A stretch of DNA of 64,000 nucleotides from a bacterium (lineage in GTDB: Bacteria; Zhuqueibacterota; Zhuqueibacteria; Residuimicrobiales; Krinioviventaceae), in NCBI GenBank assembly GCA_963693055.1, contig OY843751.1, positions 1,312,001 to 1,376,000 on the forward strand, read 5' to 3'. This document shows positions 47,503 through 56,378 of the stretch, one piece after another; the first letter of the stretch is position 1, and each line of letters opens with the position of its first letter. A program made the position numbers and the translations under genes. The notes below the pieces were generated by a model. It searched no databases, was not told the DNA's origin, and saw only the letters and a program-made list of their open reading frames with translations.

Positions 47503-50397
47503 ATGAAAAATTTGTACAAATACGGTTTTTTTATATTTTTTTTACTTTTATTGTCTGCAAACTCTTGCAGCAATCAAGGGGGATTTGCGAGTCAATCTGT
47601 TAAGGATTTGGTCAATCTGGACAAAGGCTGGCAATATCGAGTTGGTGATTCTCCAATAAATGAAAAGGGATTTCTCGTTTGGCTGGATGAAAACTGGGAT
47701 GCTCCTGGGTGGAATACAGTTTATGATATTAATGATTTTTGTATCAAAAACACAAGCAAAAGCCTATGGTTGAGAATTCAATTGCCGGAATGGGAGGAAA
47801 AGAATGCCGGGATTTATATTAATGGAGTTTCTCAGCAAGTACAAGTCTATCTTGATCATGAATTAATATACCAGTTTGGTAATTTTAAATCACTTGGTGA
47901 GGACCATTTTTACGGATGGCGTCAGCACCCCATTCAGCTGCCGCCGAATGTCTCAAATAAAATGCTGACCCTGCGTATATGGTCAAACGGGCAATATACC
48001 GGAATTGTAGAACCTGTAATCCTGGCCCCCATGTTTGATATTATAGAATCTTTGTTTTACCAGAATATTGATGAACTTTTACTTGCCGGTTTATTTGTGA
48101 TTCTGGGTGCGGCAGTATTGATTATGTTTGTTTTTTTTCAACATACGCGGCTCTTTCTCGGTATTTCTATGTTTTTGTTATCTATGGGGTTTTTTACTGC
48201 AAGTAATTCTTTATACTTGCAATATATGGTTAATGCGCCACATCTCTTTTTTATGTTTGATCTTTTTTCGCTTCTAGCTGCACCCATTGGTATAATGTTG
48301 ATCATTGAACCCCTGGTATTACAAAAATATGGTAAAATTGTCAAACTGTTTAGGCAATTTGCAGTGCTATATTGGATATCTATATTATTTATGGTACAGA
48401 TTTTTCCTAAAATTAATCTTGATATCGTTTATAACTTTTTTTTCTTGATGGTTACTTTTTTTGTATTAAACAGTACTTTTTTTATATATAAAAGTTTAAA
48501 AAAGGGAGGTAAGCAAGTTAAAATCCTGTTTGTTGGCGTACTATTGGCCCTGCTGGCATATTCAATTGAAACTATAATATACTATACTTCCCAAAGGGTT
48601 GTTTTAACATCTTATAATATGAGTTTTATACCTGTAGGTGTATTGTGTTTTGTTGGCTGTTTGACCTGGATTATAGTTCAACAATATGTAGAAACGTACC
48701 AACAAAAAGAAGCAGCGTTCAAAAGTGTAATGGAATCAAAGCTTCAAAGAGAACGTATGAAAGATGAGATAAAGCTGAAAATTCTTGAAACGGAAAAATG
48801 GCAAGAGCTCAACCATATAAAATCACAATTTTTTGCCAATATTTCTCATGAATTTCGTACGCCACTCACACTGGTACTGGGAACAGCAAAACAGCTTTAT
48901 AAAGAAACAAACGATCCCGGGATACAAGAAAAATATAAAATTCAGATCCGAAACAGTAATCGTTTATTGTGTCTGGTCAATCAGCTGTTAGAGCTTTCTA
49001 AAATTGAATCCGGCAAAACCAAAATTAATGTCCAAAAACTCGATATAGTTCCAATGATTAAGGGTATTTGCCAATGTTTTGAACATCAACTCAAGCTTGA
49101 AGATATTAAACTGAAATGTAACAGCGGTGTGGAATCTATTTTTATATATTATGATCCTGTCATGATGGAAAAAATAATAATGAATGTTATATCTAATGCT
49201 GTAAAATTCACTAATCCAAGCGGACAGGTGACTGTTGATATCATTCAAAAAGAGGTTCTGGAAATTCAGGTCAGAGATACCGGTCCAGGAATCTCGCAGG
49301 AACACTTGCCTCATATATTCGACAGGTTCTATCAGACAGGGAATAATTATGAACGTGATCCGCATGGCAGTGGAATTGGACTTGCACTGACCCGTGAACT
49401 TGTTTTGCTGCATCATGGAGAGATCAAGGCTGCGAGCATTGTTGGTGTGGGAACAACAATCACCATTCAATTGCTTTGGGGATGTGACCATTTTAAGGAT
49501 AAAGAAATTGTAAAAACAGATAATAATAAATCCGTTCAAGAGTACTCAAAAGTTGTGAATGAAATTGAACCTCTTTTATTCAACGATAAAATGATGACAG
49601 AGACACCAAATAAAGAAATAAATTCCGGATATGAGACAGATACGCATTTGTCAATATTGCTTATTGTTGAAGATAATATAGATATGTGCAACTATATCCG
49701 AAATATATTTCAGAATGAATATAAAATTTTGAACGCAATGGATGGTAAAACCGGATTTTTTCTGGCGGTTGAGTATGTACCGGATCTGATAATTAGTGAT
49801 GTAATGATGCCTGAAATGGATGGTTTTGAGTTGTGTGATAAAATAAAAGCTGATGTACGTACCAGCCATATTCCTTTTATTTTGTTAACAGCGCGTTCTA
49901 ACAGTGAAAGTAAGCTTGAGGGATTACAACTGGGAGCAGATGATTTCCTGATTAAACCTTTTGAAGAGGCAGAACTTTTAACAAGAAGTCGAAATTTGAT
50001 TGAGCAAAGACGTAAATTGCGCGAACGATTTTCAAAAGATTTCAATATACCCTTTAACGATTTGTCAACCAATCTTTCAGATGAAAAATTTTTGCAAAGG
50101 GCGGTTGAAATTATTGAAGCTAATTTGGAAAATACCAATTTTACAGTAGAATTGTATTGTCACGAGATTGGTTTTTCCCGTTCGCAATTACATCGCAAGC
50201 TACAGGCACTTACCGGGCAATCTACCAGTAGTTTTATACGTTCCATTAGATTGAAACGGGCCGTTCAGATGCTGGTTCAGAAATCAAATACGGTTTCAGA
50301 AATTGCATATGCCACAGGCTTCAGTAGTGCGGATTATTTTCGTCATTGTTTCAAAGAATATTTTGGCCTTACACCTACCGATTATATCTCTCAATGA
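47503..50397 (+). CDS. Hybrid two-component system (periplasmic + multi-TM, HisKA, HATPase, REC, AraC HTH)
   Basis: FFANISHEFRTPLT, HIFDRFYQ, GSGIGLAL, SDVMMP, SRSQLHRK...GFSSADYF. Confidence 0.93.
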   Translation: MKNLYKYGFFIFFLLLLSANSCSNQGGFASQSVKDLVNLDKGWQYRVGDSPINEKGFLVWLDENWDAPGWNTVYDINDFCIKNTSKSLWLRIQLPEWEEKNAGIYINGVSQQVQVYLDHELIYQFGNFKSLGEDHFYGWRQHPIQLPPNVSNKMLTLRIWSNGQYTGIVEPVILAPMFDIIESLFYQNIDELLLAGLFVILGAAVLIMFVFFQHTRLFLGISMFLLSMGFFTASNSLYLQYMVNAPHLFFMFDLFSLLAAPIGIMLIIEPLVLQKYGKIVKLFRQFAVLYWISILFMVQIFPKINLDIVYNFFFLMVTFFVLNSTFFIYKSLKKGGKQVKILFVGVLLALLAYSIETIIYYTSQRVVLTSYNMSFIPVGVLCFVGCLTWIIVQQYVETYQQKEAAFKSVMESKLQRERMKDEIKLKILETEKWQELNHIKSQFFANISHEFRTPLTLVLGTAKQLYKETNDPGIQEKYKIQIRNSNRLLCLVNQLLELSKIESGKTKINVQKLDIVPMIKGICQCFEHQLKLEDIKLKCNSGVESIFIYYDPVMMEKIIMNVISNAVKFTNPSGQVTVDIIQKEVLEIQVRDTGPGISQEHLPHIFDRFYQTGNNYERDPHGSGIGLALTRELVLLHHGEIKAASIVGVGTTITIQLLWGCDHFKDKEIVKTDNNKSVQEYSKVVNEIEPLLFNDKMMTETPNKEINSGYETDTHLSILLIVEDNIDMCNYIRNIFQNEYKILNAMDGKTGFFLAVEYVPDLIISDVMMPEMDGFELCDKIKADVRTSHIPFILLTARSNSESKLEGLQLGADDFLIKPFEEAELLTRSRNLIEQRRKLRERFSKDFNIPFNDLSTNLSDEKFLQRAVEIIEANLENTNFTVELYCHEIGFSRSQLHRKLQALTGQSTSSFIRSIRLKRAVQMLVQKSNTVSEIAYATGFSSADYFRHCFKEYFGLTPTDYISQ

Positions 50398-50616
50398 TAA
50401 TATAAAGATTTTACCCGGTTCATATTCCGAATAGATAAAGATGCCCCGGTTTTAACCCCTTATTGGGCCGGGGAGACAATAGCATAATCCATATAGGATG
50501 TGACTCGCTTGTCTGCTGGTAGATTTTATTTCAGTAGCAGCTTTGTCGAGTTTTTGTGATTATTGTCATTACTGATTGCTGATTTTAATGATAGAATGGT
50601 ATTTTAAGCAAGTAGG

Positions 50617-50648
50617 AAAATGGCAGCCAGTATTGTTTGCTGGCTGCC
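50617..50648 (-). terminator. Intrinsic terminator
   Basis: GGCAGCCAG...CTGGCTGCC stem immediately after the 50656 stop. Confidence 0.6.
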
Positions 50649-50655
50649 TTGAATG

Positions 50656-51759
50656 TTATTTTAAAAATAGAATTTTTTGGGTATTATTGTAACCATTTGA
50701 CTGCATTCTGACCAAATATGTACCGCTGGGTGCGGTAATACCAGCATCAGTTGATCCATCCCATTTGATCGAATACTCTCCGGCAGACTGGTGTTTGTCG
50801 TTTAATAGCTTAATCTGTCGTCCTAGTACATCGTAAACAGTCATGGTGACATGGCTGTCTTGAGCCAGGTTATAGTTCAAGGTTGTTGACGGATTAAACG
50901 GGTTGGGGTATGCAGCATAAAGTCGGGTTGATTTTGGTGATATCAATGTTTCAACAAAGAGAGAGCCAATTTCGGTGACCTCACCATTACTGGATACATC
51001 ATATAAACAGTAGGTATAGCATTCTCCTGCTAATATAGTAGCATCTGTATAATTGTATTGTGATGGGGAAGAGGTTGTGCCTTTTCCAACAAGCTCGTTA
51101 TTTGACCGAAAAGATACAATTTCTTTCCATTCAGCATTTGCTGTTTTGCGTTTTAGGATGAATCCCAGATTGTTGCTTTCACTTTCAGTAGTCCAGGTAA
51201 GGCTTACGGTATTGCCTTTATGATTTGCCGTAAAGGACGACAACTCTACTGGAAGTGTAAGATCGCTGCCACCGTAATACGATTCGGTGGTGGACTGGTC
51301 AGCTACATCCAGCACAGCAGATGCAGTTGTATTCCAATCCAGATTAGAACTTGCAGCGGGGTTATCAATATCCATGCGGACTGTAACAAGTGTATAATCT
51401 GTACTTTGTGCAATGGCCATTGGAGTTAGACTGTACCCATAGTTGATGGTAACATATACATAAGGATTGTTTGTGCCATATGTTATAGTATAACCATTAC
51501 CCGAAGTGAGGTTTGCATGCTGTGATGAAACAAATGGATTACTCAGTGCGCTGGTGTTATAACTAAAGTAAAAACTGCAATCGCCTAAATAATCAGCAGC
51601 CCATGCGCTGGTACGTTCAAGTACAATATCAAAGTATAAATAACCACCGCTAACTTGTTGGTTGCTGATAGTCAGGTCAACAGTTTGTGCAAAAGATGGA
51701 GCGAAACCCAACAGGGTCACTAATAATACTGTCATCAAAAATGTTTTAACAAATTTCAT
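50656..51759 (-). CDS. Secreted protein: cohesin-like N-domain plus CTD (paralog of 46247-47350)
   Basis: N-domain nearly identical to that of 46247 (AQTVDLTI.NQQVSGGYLYFD...WNTTASAVLDVADQSTTESYYGGSD); LPVELSSF; YPNPFNP. Confidence 0.75.
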   Translation of the reverse strand: MKFVKTFLMTVLLVTLLGFAPSFAQTVDLTISNQQVSGGYLYFDIVLERTSAWAADYLGDCSFYFSYNTSALSNPFVSSQHANLTSGNGYTITYGTNNPYVYVTINYGYSLTPMAIAQSTDYTLVTVRMDIDNPAASSNLDWNTTASAVLDVADQSTTESYYGGSDLTLPVELSSFTANHKGNTVSLTWTTESESNNLGFILKRKTANAEWKEIVSFRSNNELVGKGTTSSPSQYNYTDATILAGECYTYCLYDVSSNGEVTEIGSLFVETLISPKSTRLYAAYPNPFNPSTTLNYNLAQDSHVTMTVYDVLGRQIKLLNDKHQSAGEYSIKWDGSTDAGITAPSGTYLVRMQSNGYNNTQKILFLK

Positions 51760-51771
51760 GATAAATCCTTT

Positions 51772-54444
51772 TTAATTATTCACTGACGAAGCTTTGTCCA
51801 TGTTTGTGTTAATAAAATCCTTGTCGGCATTCGTTACCAGGCCGTCCATATTAATATCACCATTTTGATAGTTGCTGGCGTCCATGTTTGTATTGACCGG
51901 ATCTTTATCTGCATTAGTTATCAGGCCATCACCATTGGGATTACCTGCATACATGCCGTAAACGCCTGTTTCTACAACCGCAGCGTCTCCACCGTAATAT
52001 TTGTCAAAAGCAGTGGATCCATTTACTGTAAAGTCGTATAACGTGTTACCGCTTGTGCTTAGTGTATGTACCTCATCGCTTTCTATAGCAAGGTGATTAC
52101 GATGTTTGATGACGATAAAATAGTCTCCCGCGTCGGCTTCCATTTCGATAAATGAAGTTGTTCCGTCGTCACCTACAATTCGTCCATCTTTGTGGAGCAA
52201 TGCGCTTTTGGAAGCCACAGTGCTGCCGTCTGCGGTTGATCTGATTTGTACCAGCACCCAATCCACAATATCTGCTGGAATTGAAGAAATGGTACGGGCA
52301 TCTTGAGCATAAGGTGCAGTGGTTGGGATTATGTCATTTGTATTAAGCGTTGTAGCCATTGCATCATTGTCTGCATTGTACGGTCCCTCAAGAAAGACTT
52401 TGACCTGTACATGAATATTGGCGCCAAACCCGGTATCACCGGCTGTCCAATATGAAAAGCTGTTTATTCCGCTCAACGTTAAAGTATTTGCACTCGTATT
52501 CAATGTTGCGGATTGTTCTGTCCAACTGTTGCCATCTGCTGATTTGTACAAATCCAGATCCGCTTCGGTTGTACCGTTCAATTCTGTATCAAGATAATTG
52601 AAAACAAGAGTTGCGTTTGTTGGTGCATTATTGGAAGTGATTTGGTAATAACGTTCAATTCCGCTTGTACCCTGTGCAGTATGCCCTCTGGTAATGGTTG
52701 TGCTTCCCAGGTCTCCATCTTCGGTAATAACTGCTCCCAATCCGGCAACATCCATATCAATATTGCTCAAACTGCGTGTTGTGGTAATGGTACCGCTTGA
52801 ACCGTATAAATACCCGGCATCTTCAATTAATTCGCCTAAAGCGCCTAGTGTGATTGTGTTTCCAGCAAGATCGAGATTTCTTTCAAGAATCAAACTGCCA
52901 TTAACAGTCATAGCGGAAGTTAGTGATGAACTTGTATTGCTTCCCAAATAAAGATTATGGAATGACTGGGAGGCAGGGATGTCTGGTTCACTGTATCCAT
53001 TGCCATAGTCATAAATCCCGACATTGTCTCCCACTACCGGAATCCCGTTTGACCAGTTTTCCGCCGTTGACCAGTTTGTTGATGGAGTATTAAGCCAAGT
53101 ATTAAAGGCTGAAGACGCTTCCCAATCTGTTGATCCGTCCATGTTGGTCAGTGTTCCATTATTGCCATTTCCTGTATAGTCAGGTAGTATAGTACCACTG
53201 ATATTGTCAAAAGTGTAATAAGTGATTAAACCCGTTTCATTACCTGTCAGGGATTTGCACATGTTTTCACGGATCTCTAAAGCTGAGCGAGCTGTGTTCC
53301 AGATACGTACCTGATCAAATTTAACGGAGCAAATGAACGACGTGTTACCATTATCAGAGCCTAAACATAAATAGTCTGAACCATCCAATGAAAAGTTGGA
53401 GGTGATTGTCTCCGATGCCTCTAATTTGCCATTGATATAGATTTTGGTTTCCCGGTTATCGTACACAAAACACAAATGATACCAAACATTCGCGCTTACA
53501 GTATATCCTGAATTGACAACAACCTGGTTAGCGGATGCATCACTAATAAATAAATTTATTTCATTCGCGGAATCTTTGTAGGGGACAATTCTACAATTTG
53601 CGCTTTGCGCTTGGGCAAGATAAACCATGTTTTGTTGATTGGTAAGTGAATTGAACATGATCATATATTCTAATGTTACCGTTGAAGAAGACGATGACGT
53701 TATTGTCGCTTCGATGAAATCATTGGTTCCATCAAAATCCAGACAGTTTTTGGGGCCATACATTGCGGACGATGTTTGCCATTCGGTACCCGCCATGTTA
53801 GTTAACGCACCATCATAGTTGCCATTGTAATCTGATAATGTTGTTCCCGATGTCTCATTGAATTGATAATAAGCCACCAGATTGGTTTCCGATGCGGGGG
53901 CTGGTAGTTCACGATACATATTTTGACGGATTTCAGCTTCGGTGCGGACATCGTTCCAGATGCGTACTTCATCGATATTACCGGGAAAATAAATATCCTC
54001 TTTAGTGTATTTGCCTATACACATGAAATCAACACTTGTTACATTGCTGTTTGTGCCGCTGCCGTCTGCTATGCCGTTAACATACAATTGAACGGATTCA
54101 CCGTTTTTAACTACTGCTACGTGCACCCATTCACCTGTAATGATTGATTGTGAACCTACGGTAGAAATCCAGGAGCCACCATTCGGATGCGTACCAAATT
54201 CAAGAACACCTGAAGTTATTCTAAACTGTACATTGCTGCCATCAGAAGTGTTGCCCCAACTGATAAAATCGTTCAAGGCTTCGGTGCTGGTGGTTTTAAT
54301 CCAGGCTTCAATGGTTATTGTTTCCGTATATGCCGGTGAACTGGAGAACTGTACATAATCGTCAGTTCCATTAAAAACTAGAGAATAATTTTGGGCTATT
54401 GCCGCAACTGTCAAGATGAGAATTAAAAGTATTATTCTTTTCAA
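51772..54444 (-). CDS. Secreted LamG (concanavalin-like) two-domain protein with C-terminal dockerin-like domain
   Basis: Two LamG domains (WVHVAVV, IDEVRIWN); VKVFLEGPY...KHRNHL; duplicated DGL.TNADKD tail; TTG start. Confidence 0.82.
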   Translation of the reverse strand: MKRIILLILILTVAAIAQNYSLVFNGTDDYVQFSSSPAYTETITIEAWIKTTSTEALNDFISWGNTSDGSNVQFRITSGVLEFGTHPNGGSWISTVGSQSIITGEWVHVAVVKNGESVQLYVNGIADGSGTNSNVTSVDFMCIGKYTKEDIYFPGNIDEVRIWNDVRTEAEIRQNMYRELPAPASETNLVAYYQFNETSGTTLSDYNGNYDGALTNMAGTEWQTSSAMYGPKNCLDFDGTNDFIEATITSSSSSTVTLEYMIMFNSLTNQQNMVYLAQAQSANCRIVPYKDSANEINLFISDASANQVVVNSGYTVSANVWYHLCFVYDNRETKIYINGKLEASETITSNFSLDGSDYLCLGSDNGNTSFICSVKFDQVRIWNTARSALEIRENMCKSLTGNETGLITYYTFDNISGTILPDYTGNGNNGTLTNMDGSTDWEASSAFNTWLNTPSTNWSTAENWSNGIPVVGDNVGIYDYGNGYSEPDIPASQSFHNLYLGSNTSSSLTSAMTVNGSLILERNLDLAGNTITLGALGELIEDAGYLYGSSGTITTTRSLSNIDMDVAGLGAVITEDGDLGSTTITRGHTAQGTSGIERYYQITSNNAPTNATLVFNYLDTELNGTTEADLDLYKSADGNSWTEQSATLNTSANTLTLSGINSFSYWTAGDTGFGANIHVQVKVFLEGPYNADNDAMATTLNTNDIIPTTAPYAQDARTISSIPADIVDWVLVQIRSTADGSTVASKSALLHKDGRIVGDDGTTSFIEMEADAGDYFIVIKHRNHLAIESDEVHTLSTSGNTLYDFTVNGSTAFDKYYGGDAAVVETGVYGMYAGNPNGDGLITNADKDPVNTNMDASNYQNGDINMDGLVTNADKDFINTNMDKASSVNN

Positions 54445-54729
54445 TTGTTTATCTCCACAATTTTAAAATTTGGTTTTGAATTAAATGTGAATAGAAAAAT
54501 TTTGTAATTATTGATTAACAATAAATATGCCAATAAAAGTTATTATACAATATTAATTTATTAAATTTTCTATATATAAAAAAAAAATAATTTTTACTTT
54601 ATATAATTTTTAAGATAATTATTTACGAAAAAAATTTAATTTTTTAATAATTATGGCAAGAGTCTGATTTCTAAAGGTAGTTTATTGAGTGGAAGATAGA
54701 TAGAGAGTTAAAGATTTGTATAATGAGAG

Positions 54730-54761
54730 CCTTGTACCGGAACAAATGTTCCGATACAAGG
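54730..54761. terminator. Stem-loop terminator
   Basis: CCTTGTA.CGGAACA/TGTTCCG.TACAAGG downstream of the 54790 stop. Confidence 0.6.
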
Positions 54762-54789
54762 TCTTCTTTTCCTGTCAATTCATTATGAT

Positions 54790-56067
54790 CTATTTAATTA
54801 ATATTACTTTTTGGATTTGAGAAAGATTACCTGTCTGCAATCTTACCAGATAGGTACCGCTGGGAGCCATGATCCCTGAATCGGTTGAACCGTCCCACTG
54901 TGCCGAGTATTCACCAGCGGTCTGATATAGATCATTAAGTAAACTGATCTGACGTCCCAACATGTCAAAAACGCCAAGTGTTACATGACCATCTTTTGCC
55001 AGATTGTATTTGAGTGTGGTGGATGGATTAAATGGGTTGGGGTATGCTGCAAAGAGCTGAGTTGTTGTTGGGATAGCTGAAACCTTAACCTCAGTTTTCC
55101 CGATTTCACTCCTGTTGCCATCTGAGCTGACATCGGAGAGACGATAAGTGTATTCCTTTCCCACGGTTACATTGTTATCTATAAAACTGTATTGAGAAGT
55201 GGAGGAGGTTGTTCCTTTTCCAGTCAGATCCGAGTGTGTTTTGTAAGAGGCAATCTGTTCATAATCCGAGTTTTCCATGCAACGTTCAAGTATGAATCCC
55301 AAATTGTCAGATTCGCTTGCGGTTGCCCATTCCAGGATGATTGATTTGTTTTCAGGTTTTGCTGAAAAGGACATTAATTCCACAGGGAGAGAGAGATCGT
55401 TAGCCACTGTCCAGGTTGCCCCGGTAATTGTTCCGGTATGTCCATTACCAGTATTATCTGTCAGTGTGGTGCCGCTGCCATTACTCATTTTATAATAAGC
55501 AACAAGGCCTGATTCGGAACCGGTAAGCTCTATGTTTTTGTTGTTATTAATCTCTGTCACAGTACGGGCATCGTTCCAGATTCTGACTTCGTCAATAAGG
55601 CCGTCGAAAAATCTGGTAGTATAATCTACACCAATGCACAACGGATCGGAATTTGCCGATGTGACCAAATAGCCTGATGATGAAGATGTTTTAAGGCTGC
55701 CATCAATATAAATATAGCATACACCACTATTTACAACACCAGCAACATGGTGCCACGTATTAGCGGTTAGTGAATTCGTTGGGCTTTGTAATCCATCAAA
55801 GCTTATGTTCTGGTTGTCTCCTATTCGAATTACAAATCCATCAGCTGCGCCTGTTTGATATTTAGAGATAATGCCGTTTCCTGATGTAAAGCTGTGACAA
55901 TAGATCCAGGCTTCAACGCTATAGTCACCCGTTAAATCGAGGTTGTCATGGTCGGGTATTGCAACAAAATTACTAGAGCCGTTAAATTCTAGAGCATAAT
56001 TTTGAGCATTTGATGTGCTCCATAAAAGTAGAACCAGAATAGATAAAATAGTACCAATTTTCCTCAT
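54790..56067 (-). CDS. Secreted LamG-domain protein with T9SS/FlgD-type CTD
   Basis: WHHVAGV, IDEVRIWNDAR, LPVELMSF, YPNPFNP. Confidence 0.87.
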   Translation of the reverse strand: MRKIGTILSILVLLLWSTSNAQNYALEFNGSSNFVAIPDHDNLDLTGDYSVEAWIYCHSFTSGNGIISKYQTGAADGFVIRIGDNQNISFDGLQSPTNSLTANTWHHVAGVVNSGVCYIYIDGSLKTSSSSGYLVTSANSDPLCIGVDYTTRFFDGLIDEVRIWNDARTVTEINNNKNIELTGSESGLVAYYKMSNGSGTTLTDNTGNGHTGTITGATWTVANDLSLPVELMSFSAKPENKSIILEWATASESDNLGFILERCMENSDYEQIASYKTHSDLTGKGTTSSTSQYSFIDNNVTVGKEYTYRLSDVSSDGNRSEIGKTEVKVSAIPTTTQLFAAYPNPFNPSTTLKYNLAKDGHVTLGVFDMLGRQISLLNDLYQTAGEYSAQWDGSTDSGIMAPSGTYLVRLQTGNLSQIQKVILIK

Positions 56068-56378
56068 TCATAACTCCTTTCTTAGGCTTTGTCAGATAGT
56101 ACATGTTCATTAGATATTAGTTATAAAGTAAAAGTGAATTTTTTGATTTTGTTCTTTTGTTGTTTTAATATTCAACCTGATAAAAATACTGATTTAATAT
56201 TACAAATAAAAATAATTTTAAAAGAAAAAATCTACTGACAGTTTCAAGCTTGATTCAAATGTTTTAAAAATAAAAGATATTTAATATTTATGAATATGAT
56301 ATGTTTCTTGTATGTATCAATTCTTGTGCCAATTTATAACTATTGTTATTATTTAATGCATCTTTTGTTTTAAATAAT

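Noticed and set aside
50400-50480. CCCGGTT repeats after the HTCS gene as its binding site
   Set aside because: Short, irregularly spaced, and located between convergent genes with no promoter target.
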